Assembly: GCF_018977255.1 (NCBI RefSeq)
Contig: NW_024704742.1
Span: 38,998,001 to 39,062,000 of the forward strand
From: Callorhinchus milii
Lineage: Eukaryota
DNA length: 64,000 nt
Direction of reading: 5' to 3'
Shown here: in pieces, positions 23,521 through 35,890 of the stretch
How the letters are laid out: each line of letters starts with the position of its first letter
Numbering within the stretch: the stretch's first letter is position 1
Translations under genes and position numbers: made by a program
The notes under the pieces: generated by a model
Told to the model about the DNA's origin: nothing
What the model saw: the letters and a program-made list of their open reading frames with translations, nothing else
The model's database searches: none

Positions 23521-24779
23521 GTTAGTTTCCTCTGTAATTGTTCTTAATTCTTAAGCAAGCACTAAGTGCAGGACAGAACTGGGCCAAGAAAATCACAGTG
23601 CTAAGCAACACCGCATGTCAAAATTCACAAGAGATCAGCTCTGCTGAGAGGGGCCTGCTGTTTCCAATCTTGACAAAGTGGTTAATAGGAGCTAAATAAA
23701 TGAATATAATGTCTGACAAAGATGACTTTAGCCAGAAAATCTTGTTCCTATAATAATATAACCAGCAGGGATAAATTGCACAAGAACAAATAGAAATAAA
23801 ATTCAGAGAAACAGCATCCGCCAAAGCCATTGCTCTACCTTTAAGAAACAAATCTCTTTTACAAGCTACTGCTTTGCTGTATTTCCTGTAACTTTCACGA
23901 GCATTAAATACATTCACACAAAATAATTACTACAGTTTGTCTTCCTGGCAAAACTATTGAGTTTCTTTTGATAAATATAAAACATAAACGTTTGGGAAGA
24001 AACAAAACCCAGTCATTAGAATATTCACCTTATTTTACACATTGTTCATTTTCTGTTTGCTGAGCATTTTGAGGTGGTCTGTGCAGACCAGCATTGTGGG
24101 TGAAATCATTCAGCATCCCATTGAAAGCTAAGTGTGCTCCTAGTGACCCCAGCATGACAGGCATCTGAGCGCCTAAAGGAAATGAGAAGCTTAGGGTGGC
24201 TTATGTAAATGACATTGTGAATATTTTAAATTTTAACGAAATATTAGGCAAGCTTATCACCTTCGCATCCACCCTAGCTGAGACTTGGCTTGCATTTTTG
24301 AAAATTGAAATGGAATATTGTGTGAAATAACTTGAGTAAAAATAACTTATATTGAAGTCCACTTGGAGGATGGAGTGGATGATTCCCACTGACATAACAT
24401 GTAACTGTGGGAACACACTGTACCACAGGTTGTGAAGATATGAATTTAATCCACGGTTCACCACATGGGGAGCTTATATTTACAGCTAAGTTAAATGCGT
24501 AGGGTACATATGAGGTATATGGGTCAGAATTGTTTGCAGAGAAGGCCTAGAAATGGGTCTCCAATCCACTTAATTGAAAAGAGGGTAAGGAAAGAAGGAA
24601 AAATATTTTTTTTACATAAACATTTGCTGAGTGCAGAGGGTGTGTTATTCTCTCCCATTGACTTAGAATGGGGGAAGAGGGGGGATAGAGTGGAATCGCA
24701 GAGAAATTTCACTAATTTAAAAAAATCTTTGTGTTGGAGAAAAATTTATATATTGCACCATGCATGCCAGGGCTCCAGG

Positions 24780-24920
24780 TGATAGTGCTGTATGTCAATG
24801 TATTGTGTGTCAATGCTGTCTGAGCCAGTGTATTCATTTCCAGTATAGTCTATAATTGCAGTCTACCAATGTAGTCTATAATTGTAGTCTGAAAGTGTAA
24901 ATGGCAATGCTAATGTTGTA
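24780..24920. repeat. Degenerate ~12 bp tandem repeat (tagtctataatg-like)
   Basis: tatagtctataattgcagtctaccaatgtagtctataattgtagtctgaaagtgta. Confidence 0.55.
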
Positions 24921-26572
24921 TTTTTGTCCTTTTGAGAGGAGATTAGTATTTTCATACTAAAATACTTTTCATACTAAAGATAGTTTCAGTTTACTCAACC
25001 TGGAGAATGTTTAGCGATGCTGTAAATGATAATGATTTTATTTAAATAAAATTGAATTGATCACAGTTGATGTATCTTTCTTTAATTTGTTGAATAATGA
25101 AAGATCTGGTCAGGTTTAATGATACACCCTTAATTTCCCGGCACAGAATAGCAGTACTAACTCTACAGATATATAATATATAATAATAAACTTTGCATTT
25201 CAGGAGGATATTTTAAGTATATTCTACCCTAAATATCATAAAGTAATATCAGCCAATTATTTTAAATTCAATTGATAATCTCAGAATTAAAAGTGATTTG
25301 CTTTTCTTTTAAAATGTGGGATTTTAGTACAGAAAGGTATGTGGAACAGAAATGTATGAGCTGACACTGACATTTTGTGCTAAGTGCCAGTTAAGTCCAG
25401 TGGGATGGGATCACTGAGAGAAATTAATTTACGTGAAGTTCTGTGTGGGAGAAGCCACATGGAAAATGAACTGTGAACTTTACAAAGACTGGGGGAGTTT
25501 TAAATCAACTATGATCACATTGAGGGCTTGCTCGAGCCCTGATAAATGTAATGTATCGCACAGTCTCAGGGAATATTAAAATACACATACTGTTTTCCTT
25601 TGATTGTTATGCAGATGTTAGAAATAGAAATTCTGCCTATCCCAGTCTTACCACAGCCCTCTGTGTGCCACAAGAATGTGTAAGAGGAGCAGGTGGAACT
25701 TACTAATCTTCAACTATTTCTACATCCAAAAAAGTGATTTCCAATTTCACAATATGTTGAAGCAATATTTTCAATGGTCACCAGGGTTTCTGTACGTAAA
25801 TGTCACCCATTTGATTAGAAATAACATTGTGTGCGTTAAATCACAGGACACAGAGCAGTCAATCTGCTTGTCCTCCATATGTCCATAACCATTCTATCAA
25901 TTCATCATTGCCACATGCAAGATGGAATTGTTTTAAAAAAAGACATTTGCTATTAATTTTTCTTCTAAAATATTCTCCCTTCCTCCTCTTCTGTGGATGT
26001 TTGACTCCTTTTTCCTTAAACTGGGGTACAGTGTCAAGGGTGACCATTGATCATGTTGGCAGGGAATGTGAGCAAGTTATTATAATAATAATATTTCCAT
26101 TTAATTTAGCGCCTAATCATGTCTTCGAGATGTCTCAAAGCACTTCACAGAAAATACTGTAAAGTGAATTGACTATATTTTGTGGGTGAAAATTATTTGA
26201 TTACATATGACATCTTCAGCTGACCTTGATCTTATCCTCATTGATATCTACGCATGCACAAACTTTCAGCTGCACTGTCTAAATAGCTATTAGTATTAGG
26301 AATGGGAATCTTCACTGGATTAATTAGGGGGTATTCTTGTGCCTTCACTGTTGCCCCATCAACTACCACATCACAGGGTAAGGTTCAAACCTGCAACCCT
26401 AAATCTATGCGACCAAATGCAGCTTCTGGAAGTGCCACCAGTTCATTGGAGAAACTGTGAGACAGAAATTGCACCAAGATTTTAGTATCCTGTTTTTTGA
26501 TGCAGGCTCAAGGTATTTTGAATATGTAGAGATTTTTGTATGACTAATGCTTATCTTATGAATCATTTTCAG

Positions 26573-26599
26573 GGTGACCTTGGAGAACCTGGGCAAAAG
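26573..26599 (+). CDS. COL25A1: COL2 exon GDLGEPGQK
   Basis: tttcag|GGT...AAG|gtgaga, 27 nt. Confidence 0.92.
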
Positions 26600-26721
26600 G
26601 TGAGAGCTCTGCTTTATTCAACAAAACTTTCTTCACTAATTTTATCAGGCGTTTTTGTTGATTTAAAGTGAAACTGTCTGCATTCTACTAAAGTCTATTT
26701 TTCTCTACTTTTGCTGTTCAG

Positions 26722-26766
26722 GGAGATAGTGGTCATCCAGGACTGAAAGGTGATCATGGCGAAAAG
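26722..26766 (+). CDS. COL25A1: COL2 exon GDSGHPGLKGDHGEK
   Basis: gttcag|GGA...AAG|gtaaac, 45 nt. Confidence 0.93.
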
Positions 26767-26824
26767 GTAAACCTTTTTTGGATGATGGGATCCCTTGAGA
26801 GGGTGGGATTTGGAGCATTTACGT

Positions 26825-27158
26825 GGAGTCCTGTAGCTCAGTGGTTAGAGATCTCGCTTTGCAAGCGAGAGACCTGAGTTCATTTCCAGGCAGGTCAGGG
26901 CGAAACCTTTGGCAAGTTTCCTTACTCCACACAGAGCCTAATAATAATCCCTCCAAAACCCAAAACAATAATAAATTGGTCATTTTCAATCTACGACTGT
27001 TTGTGGGACATTGCTGTGCCAATTAGCTGCCGCGTTCGCCCACAAATATACAGTCAATTTAATTAACAGTATATTCTGTGAAGTGCTTTGGGACATCTAG
27101 AAGATGTGAAAAGCGCTATATCAAATGCAAGGATTATTATTTATTGTTATTATTATTT
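26825..27158 (+). mobile_element. Young tRNA-Ala-headed SINE, full length
   Basis: GGAGTCCTGTAGCTCAGTGG head through (ATT)n tail. Confidence 0.9.
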
Positions 27159-29594
27159 CATGACGTGTTATAAAATATTGCAAACTTCATCCTGTGGGTT
27201 CCAGACTCTTGCTGAATGGTTTCTGGTCTTGTGATTCCCTCTTAATGTTAGTAGAGTTACAGATAAAAGAAGTATGTTGTCAGATTCAAATGGTTTGTGA
27301 GCTAGAATATGGTTGCATAATTTAAGTCTGATCAATGTACATTGGGGGAGTCATCAAATGAGCCATCCAATTACTGTGGCAGAGTTGAAAGTAGTAAGGT
27401 TTCAGGTGTGATGTTATCCTGCTGATACAAGGCCAGGTTGTGAACTGGCTCGATATAATTTTAGATTTACAAAGGAAACATACAACTGGGGTAGAAGTCA
27501 CGAGAACTTCACACCTTCAGGCTTTTATCTGTGGCTTCAACATGTTTTCTCGGAGTTAGGGTGTACACCAGTTATCAACTGGGATATCACCAGAACGTCT
27601 GACAATGTAACATGTATTGTATTGAATGTTGCAATTTTTTACTGCCTTTACAACATTTAGCTTGATGCAGAATCACACTGAAATGTCAACCTATCCTTTC
27701 TCTTTTGGATCTCAATCAATGTTCTGTGCATTTTTCTTCTTCATTTCTTATTTGGAATTTTTGACAGACTCGGTTCTGTTCTTTATTTTTAAATATCCGA
27801 TTAATGTGTTTTTTAAAGAGAGTGAATTGGGAATGAGGAGAGCCTTCCCTTGTCATTAAGTTCACAAAATGTTTGTCGCTGTGCTTTTTTGTCCCATTAT
27901 AAACAAATTATCAATCTTAAACTGAGGAAATTTAGTAAATGTACAGACAAGGAGAGTATACCTCTCATTGTATCTTGATTTGAATGAAATTGTTGTAGTT
28001 TGTTAAAAAGGGTTACTATCTTATAAAACAAGAGTTTTTCCAATATATTTGTTATTCACTTGCTGTAAAATGGAAAACCAGCACAGCTTCTGTCTTTCTT
28101 TTCTAAAAACAAATTGCCCCACAATTAACAAATGAGTAAATCATTGTTGGTCTTTGAGAACATGTAAACTTTGGAATGCTTTTCTATAATTGCTCTTTGT
28201 GGGTTTTTGTTGCTTTGATTCACATGCATTCATTGCAAAGTTCATTTTGGCGATAAATAGACCATTGGGGATATAGTGGTGAACCTTTACAGAACTGGTT
28301 GAAGAGGCTGAGTAAGGAGAAGCTAGTGTTAGCATTCAAAATGACAGAGGTTTGGACTAATGCAGGTTCAGTTAGCCTGCAGTTTCCAACAACAGTTACA
28401 TTCAAAAACCTGCCAGTGGAACAAAGCCCTAGACATCATTATTCTACAAGCAGTAGGAAAAGAGTAGTCAAAGATTACAGCATTTTTATATGGTTAGCTT
28501 ACATCCGTTACAAAAAAAANTATTTCTTGTTAAAAGATTGAGAGCGAGTTCCGCTTTGGCCTGTTATTAGGCCTTATATTTAAGCTTTATTACAGTATGG
28601 TTTTTGCAGGCGAATAACTGGGTTAGTCAGAGAGTCATTAACTATGTAAGCTGGCACAGTTCCCACAATGACATTCTTTCACTGAATAACATTCCTCACT
28701 TCACAATCCTCCACTTAAGTGCAGCGTTCATCACCGTGAATTGTAAAGTTAAAATTGCCGACATGGGCATGAATGAATGAATGATCTCCCAGCAAATGAA
28801 AGCCAAACCTGAGTTGCCAAAACCCCTCTTGTCTCCTATGGTTCACAGACAAAAGGAAAATGGACCTCGGTTCCCAGTTTCCACTTTATCTTGGATGGAA
28901 TAATGCCTGAAGACTGAACCCCACAAAGCTCAATCTTGGTACAAAATAACTCAAGTTCATATCTGAATAAATTTATCCCACATATTTAGGGAAATTATAC
29001 AAACACAACTACCAAATGCTTTGTTGATCCCGAATTTTCCTTAAGAAAATCATAGGATTGAATTATATCCATACTGTAGGCCTGGGAATTTGAAATGAAA
29101 CTTATTGAATTTTTATGAGGTAAAATTTGCAATATTCATTAATGTCTTCCTTATTTTAATTCATTTTCGTGTTAATTATCTTCACATTAGCAGTGTCTGT
29201 GTGAGTTCAGCATTCTGATCATATACTGAACATGTTATAATAGCCTGACTGGCCACTAGTGACAGTGTGCAGCGTTCCCCTGCTCACTCCCCCTCCCCAC
29301 CCACACACACTCTCTGAATGTTCCAAGCTCATATTGCTGCCATGGTAGATATTTAACATCGAGAAGATGAGCCAAAGGTTTTCTTTTGGGGGAGTCAAGT
29401 TAGTATTATTTTTATTTGAATCCTTATTTCCTGAGCTGTGCATTTGACGCAAGGAGACTGTGGCATGTCACAAAACCTTTGCCCCGACCCACCATGTCCT
29501 TGGAGCTGAGTTCTCCTGAAGGTGAACAAATGTGTTTGATGGGCCAAATCGCCTTAAGGTTACCAAAAGTGCTTACAGGAGCTTGTTCCAAGAT

Positions 29595-29892
29595 CTTTTT
29601 GTCCTTTGGATGACGTTAAACCGAGGTCCCGTCTGCCTGTTCAGGTGGAAGTTAAAGATCACATGGCACTATTCGAAAGGAGAAGTGAGTTTTTCTCTGC
29701 TGTCCTGGCCAACAATCCCCCAAATAAAATTGGTCACTTACTCTCATGGCTGTTTGTTGGTCATTGCTATGCGCAATGTCCCATGTTTTGGCCACAAAAT
29801 ACGCAGTCACTCCACTTTATAGTATATCGTAGAAAGTTCTTTTAGGCATCTCAACGGCGTGATAAGGCATATCAAATGCAAGGGTTATTATG
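29595..29892 (+). mobile_element. DeuSINE copy
   Basis: gtcctttggatgacgttaaaccgaggtcccgtctgcctgttcaggtggaagttaaagatcacatggcactattcgaa Deu core plus tail. Confidence 0.85.
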
Positions 29893-30277
29893 ATTGATCT
29901 TTAAGTCTTGTGCATGTGTGGGGGTGAAAGAGTTAACTTGTGGATTATTCATTGAACTTTTATCCCAGCCCATTAAAAATAACTCTGATTTATCAAAAAG
30001 AACAATGCAGGTGATTCCTATTAGATGGAAATCTAGGGTTTCAGTGATTTTCGGAGAAGAATGGGTCTGTTCTGAATGAATGTGTTTGACTACTTGACAG
30101 ACTGAGCTTGAGGATCTGAACCTCAAAGCAGAACAGCCCCTGCCACAATTTGATCTTAATGAGATCAAAAATGTGCTTTGTGTTTCTTATCACATTATGG
30201 GACATTCTGCTCCTGAAGATGATAACTATTGTGATTGCCCCCCCAATGTCAGTAAAGTAGTTGTGGTTATAGCTACC

Positions 30278-30545
30278 TTCCAGGCAGGGCGAAACCTTGG
30301 GCAAGTTTCCTTACTCCACACGCCTAATAATAATCCCTCCAAAACTAAAAACAATAATTAAATTGGTCATTTTCAATCTACGACTGTTTGTGGGACATTG
30401 CTGTGCGCAATTGGCTGCCGCGTTCGCCCACAAATATACAGTCAATTCACTTTACAGTGTGTTCTGTGAAGCGCTTTGGGACGTCCTCCCGACGTGAAAA
30501 GCGCTATATCAAATGCAAGGATTATTATTATTATTATTATTATTA
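30278..30545 (+). mobile_element. Young SINE, 5'-truncated, with (ATT)n tail and CpGs intact
   Basis: Matches the body of the 16513/26825 family. Confidence 0.9.
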
Positions 30546-30580
30546 CCTGGTGCAAATATTGAACTGGCTAGTGGTGATTT

Positions 30581-31015
30581 CATAGAATCATAGAATTATA
30601 CAGCATAGAAAAGAGCTATGCAAATCAATCCCACTCCTCCGCTCTCTCCCCATAGCCCTGCAAACTTATCCTCCCCAAATAATTATCTGCTTCTCTCTTA
30701 AAGGTTGTTTTTGAATCAGCTTCCACCACTCTTTGAGGCAAGGCATTCCAGATCCCAACGACATGCTGTGTGAAAAAAATTCTCCTCACCTCCCCTCTGT
30801 TTCTTTTAACAATTATTTTAAATCAGTGTTCTCAAGTTACTGACCCACCTGCCAGTGGAAATAGTTTCTCCTTGTTCACCCTATTGAATCCCCTCATAAT
30901 TCGGAAAACTTCTCTTAAGTCTCTTCTTAACCTTCTCTGCCCCAAGGAGAATAATCCTAGCTTCTCTAGCCTCTCCTGATAACTGAAGTCCTTCATTCCT
31001 GGTACCGTCCTGGTA
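30581..31015 (-). mobile_element. CR1 3' end (second copy at 32071-32272)
   Basis: catagaatcatagaattatacagcatagaa tail; the caatcccactcc...ccccatagccctgcaaacttatcctcccc block is shared by both copies. Confidence 0.8.
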
Positions 31016-31744
31016 CATCTGGTGGGGGTGGGGGGGGCAAAGGAACCTCCACAGTAATTATCGATTGTCCCATTGTGTGGTAATTGTCACATAACATACA
31101 ACAACTTGCACTTATATAGCGCCCTCCACATAGGGTAGCATCTCAGAGCACTTGCAAACCCCATTTGTGCATCCAATAATTCATCTATTTTATTACTGAT
31201 GCTTTTATAAGTACTGGTAGTCACCATAATGCTGATCACAGGATTTATAATCACAACTTCACTCGAGATTAAGCACAGAAAGAAAGAACTTTTTTTTTAG
31301 CACCTTGTCATGTTTGCAGGCAAACACAGTAACAAGGTCCCACGAACAGCCATGAGGTGATTGACCAATTCATCTGGAGGTTTAAGAAAAAGGAACAACT
31401 GAAGGAGAGGACTATTTTAACAAACTTGTTTTGATTCCTTGATTGAAACGTTTACCTCATTGACATTTGATGCACCTTTACCAGAAGGGTTCCATTTTAA
31501 AGTTGAACCAAAATGATAGTTATAGATCACAGAGTTTGAATAACTTCTGAAACACAAATCTCCTTTGCTGTTCCTCAAATACATCAGTTGTATTTTCTGG
31601 TAGTCAACTGCAACTTACCACATCCATCACCACATGATGGTGAGAATGCCATCATCCAGTGACTCTGTGGCACATCCTGACTGTCAGTGTCCACCATGAC
31701 AATTGCCCCCAGCAAAATGTGGAGCAGAAGTGAAACGTGAGCCT

Positions 31745-31980
31745 TCTTTGATGGCTCAGTGGATAAATGCACTTATTGATGTGACATTGAGTCAAATGGG
31801 CCAGGAAGATCCCAGATTTGATCCTTGGCTTGTATTCGGTTCTCAGTGGATTATGAGGGGATCGGAAGAAGCAAATTAGCCAAGGCTCCTGCCATTGATC
31901 GTTGTCGCACGGGCCTCTATCTGTGCTGTGAGTTCTTTGTGTGGACACTGGGTGAGAACAGAAAAGGGCTCGATGCCAAT
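31745..31980 (+). mobile_element. Old tRNA-headed SINE family; fragments also near 5690-5890, 7940-8260(-), 36500-36650 and 37385-37550
   Basis: tggctcagtgg head and shared block aaattagccaaggctcctgccattgatcg...gtgtggacactgggtgagaacag. Confidence 0.5.
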
Positions 31981-34386
31981 AAGAAACAATAGGAAGGTAT
32001 TTTCTGTGAAGCGCTTTGAGATGCCTCGAAGACGTGATAAGCCACTATATCAAATGCAAGGATTATTATTCATAGAATTATACAGCACAGAAGGAGGCCA
32101 TTCAGCCCATCGTGTCTGTGCCGACTCTTTGAAAGAGCTATCCAATTCAATCCCACTACCCCACGTTCTCCCCATAGCCCTGCAAACTTATCCTCCCCAA
32201 ATAATTATCTACTTCTCTCTAAAAAGCTGCTATCGAATCGGCTTCCACCACCCTTTCAGGCAACGCATTCCAGTATGACACTACTCACCAACTTCACATT
32301 ATATACTGCAGAAAGAAGTGATACATGGGAGCAACTTTTAGGCAGTAGTTATTTATGGGTTTTGATGACAGTTATAAACTGCTTAAAGTGTCTTCTAACA
32401 TTAATGATATCTGAATCTCTAAGTGAAGTGAGATTACAGTCTGTAATACTTTGTGTGTGGTTATATAATTGTAGGATTTGTGTACTACCTGAGCTCTAAA
32501 CAAATATATTTCAGAGCCAAGAGCATTTACTTGTCAGGAGTAAGTGAAAAAAGTATCCTTCAGTTAAATCCACATGTCATTTGCAATCTTGGTACAAGCA
32601 TATTTCTGGTAATGTCCTGATTTTAGGAAATAGTTTCCAAATCCCAATTGTAAGTACTAATACTCCTCTGGTCCTGTAATATGTGAGCCTCGTTATAAGC
32701 ATTTATTTTGTCTGTCTGGGACAGTTGTGTATGTATAAACTTCTGCTGCATCGAGTTAACAGGAATGTAGACAGCAGGCATAGATAGAAAATAATTTGTT
32801 CTTTTCATTGTGTAATTCTGTTTAAATATACTTTTCTTTGTATTATTGCAGGAGTGGCGTTCTAATTTTGTTTTTGGGTTGGGTAGATGGGGGGCAGTGG
32901 AGCCATTATATGACCTTCCTGTGTGTATGTGACAACATGGTCATTGACTAACATTTGGTGATCATCAGTGGCCCATTGATAGCTGTGTTATATCAACAGA
33001 GCATCATTAAGAACTTTTTATAGCCTTGATCTGAGGCATTGCACTCATAGGGTGTGACCTCTGTGAGATGTCAGACTGTGTTCTGTAATTTATGTCCCAT
33101 ACACTTCAGCCAACAATTATAAGTTCACTGCAGAGGGTTCTTGAAATACATGTCTTGTAGTGGAAACACAAATTTTAATGTATCACTGTTCCCTGAAACC
33201 TGAGGCTCATTTTTGTCAAGCAAAATTATCAGTGGTAAATTGCACTTGCTGTGACTGTAAACTGATGGATAGTCCTGAGATAAGATCAGTGGAAAACTGC
33301 AAAGAGCATCTTGCAGAACTTAAACTAGACACCAATCATCAATACAAAAATAAAAAGCCACAAAACTAGAGATTGACAAAGGTTCTCCCCTCCCACACAC
33401 TCATAAAGTAATGGATACATGGAAAAGACTACCAGCACAAGCAGTTAAAACTGCTTTATTACCTCCTTCAATGAAGAACTACATTGGGTTCAAAATGCAA
33501 CTGAAGATTATGGAGTTTTGCTTTGAAAAAGATACTTTTAATAACAAAATGGGCAGGAGGAGAATGTTTGTATCCAGACAGTTAAATACATTTCCGTTGG
33601 GCTGCTATTTCGTGATGCTTCTCTTCCGAGTTGTGTTATTGAGATACTAAGTAAAATAATCAGTGATCATTTCATAAACCTAGGAGTACTGTCTGTCATA
33701 TGGCCAAAGCTAAGGGTATGCACAAGCACAGGTTTATTTCACTGTTTTTCAAACTAGAATTTGTCAGTAGCAAAATGGAATACAAGTCTATTACTATATA
33801 TGCTGTTTGTTGGTCCAATTCAAACAATGTGATTCTGCATCAGTCAAACAAACTGAGCAAAAGCTCACTGAAATCCTCATGCTCCAAGACGCTACCCCAC
33901 GTGAAGAGTGCTATATAAATGCAAGTTATTATTGTTGTATAGAATCTCAGGATTTTAGTGCTGCTTCAGGGAAATAACAGTTTAATTCTATTTCCATAAC
34001 ATTCCCCGAGCCAGCAACGAAATGTGGGGAGCTGTGTGAGGGCAGGTTCAAAGGCACTGTCAGCAATTCAATATCTGCGAATAGCTTTTGGACAAAAGAC
34101 ATCAGAATGAAGTTGGGAGGGGTTGTTAACCCATGGCAGATATAGACTGGCAGATCTTCAGGTGATGATTGTGATGATTGGAACCATTGATATTTAATAT
34201 ATGTCGCATTTTTCACCCTACTTAAAAAAACGGTGCACGGAAAAGAGAATCAAGATCAAGGGGATCAGTAATAAGGGAACCCACACAGAGAAAATAGTTT
34301 TTATTCCCCCATCTTCATACATGATTTGATGATATGTGAATAAATTAATACATGTTTGATTTATTTTTCCCTCTGGTTGTAATTAG

Positions 34387-34419
34387 GGTGATCCTGGATC
34401 TTCAGCAGCTGGAATCAAG
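34387..34419 (+). CDS. COL25A1: COL2 exon GDPGSSAAGIK (helix interruption)
   Basis: aattag|GGT...AAG|gttggc, 33 nt; same peptide as recalled for human COL25A1. Confidence 0.93.
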
Positions 34420-34561
34420 GTTGGCCCAGTTCTTAACATTTTATTTCTAGATTGTGAGTTTAGTTTTTTCTTTGGATATTGTTGGATAAATGTTGCTTCT
34501 AAAGACCATTGAGATGAACTTTAACTTTGCTTTCCCCCTCCCCTCCCCATCTCTCTCATAG

Positions 34562-34588
34562 GGTGAACCTGGACATCAAGGACAAAAG
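34562..34588 (+). CDS. COL25A1: COL2 exon GEPGHQGQK
   Basis: ctcatag|GGT...AAG|gtaagg, 27 nt. Confidence 0.92.
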
Positions 34589-35254
34589 GTAAGGAAAAAT
34601 TAAGGAAAAGTGCTCGGAATTCCAATTAAGTGTAACTCTGGGTGGTCATAGATGGTGTTTCTCTCGACAGAAATTAACTGGCTTTGTACAGTGTTCTTGC
34701 ATCTGCTAATTACTTGAATAGGCATAACATTTATGCAAGGAAACTAATAGCCAGAAGGAGAGGCAGCTACTTATCACCATAGACATTGCAATTAATGCAT
34801 AAAAATTGTCAACTCATAAACCAGCACCTCAAGAGTTAGTATAATCTGAAGATTTAGGCTGTGACGGCTCTCGCTAACATTGCCTCAAAAAGTGCTCTAA
34901 TATTGCTTGCTTTACTAAAACATAAAGGTCTTCTTAAATGGGTGTGAATTTCTACTGTATTCTAAACAATAGTGATTAGGGGTTGCTGTGAGGATTTGCA
35001 GCAAAGGAATATTCAGTACGTGAATGTTGTACTTCCTAAAGATGCTGTCTCTACTGCTCCTCTCATATCCCTCTGTCAATCATCTCAGTTTTTCCCAGTT
35101 CAATAAAGGCTACATTTTTAACATTTAAACTGATAGTTGTTTAACATAAGACAATCCTATAACAAGGCAGGCATCTCCTTATAAGGAAGGTTTACTTTTG
35201 AGGTGGTGGCCTGTGGCCTTGCTATTGGCTTCAAGTGTGCTCTGGTGATAAAAA

Positions 35255-35456
35255 AGGCCAAGTTCTGGATTGTCAGATTGCTATTGACATCACGTCCGGT
35301 GCACTGCGCATGGCGCAATTTGTAGCTCATGACACTTCCTGTGCGTTGAACATGTGCAATATGTGTGGGAAATGGCACTGATGTTACTTCATGAACTGGT
35401 GCACAATGCACGGAAAATGACAGCAATAGCAATCGGACGACCTGGAAGTTGGGCAT
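35255..35456. repeat. ~200 bp palindromic (MITE-like) element; related fragments at 4155-4245 and 22905-23285
   Basis: Left arm ccaagttctggattgtcagattgctattgacatcacgtccggtgcactgcgca aligns with the reverse complement of the right arm. Confidence 0.6.
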
Positions 35457-35679
35457 ATAACCACATTAACAGAATAATTCTGATCTTTTTACTGAGATAG
35501 ACCGGTATTCCACAAATTGGCAGGCTGCCTATTATGGAATGTATTTTTACCTCTCTGCTTTAAGTTCCCTTGAATCACATATAAAGTATTCCTTGATGGG
35601 ATGTGTGGCCTCCTGCTCTTACTTTCTTATGTTCCTATTTCTTCACTTCATGCCCTACCCTCCTCTCCCTCTACCCCTC

Positions 35680-35890
35680 AGTACTCAGTATTTCTGTGCC
35701 TCAGCCCCCACCCCCCTCTCACCCTTCACTCTCTCCCTCCCTCTCTCAGTATTTCTGTGCCTCACCCTTCCCCCCCACCAGCCCCCCTCTCTCAGTATTT
35801 CTGTCTCACCTTCACCCCCACTCTCTCTGTCTCTCACTCAGTATTTCTGTATTACCCTCCGGTTTTTCTCTCTATCAATATTTCTGTTCC
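35680..35890. repeat. Pyrimidine-rich minisatellite, five copies of ctcagtatttctgt with C/T-rich spacers
   Basis: Directly visible tandem units. Confidence 0.8.

Noticed and set aside
27815-27860. Possible decayed collagen exon (SELGMRRAF) after a T-rich tract
   Set aside because: Only one Gly in register, an in-frame stop and no donor site
28520-28520. Single N after an A run
   Set aside because: Assembly ambiguity, not a biological feature
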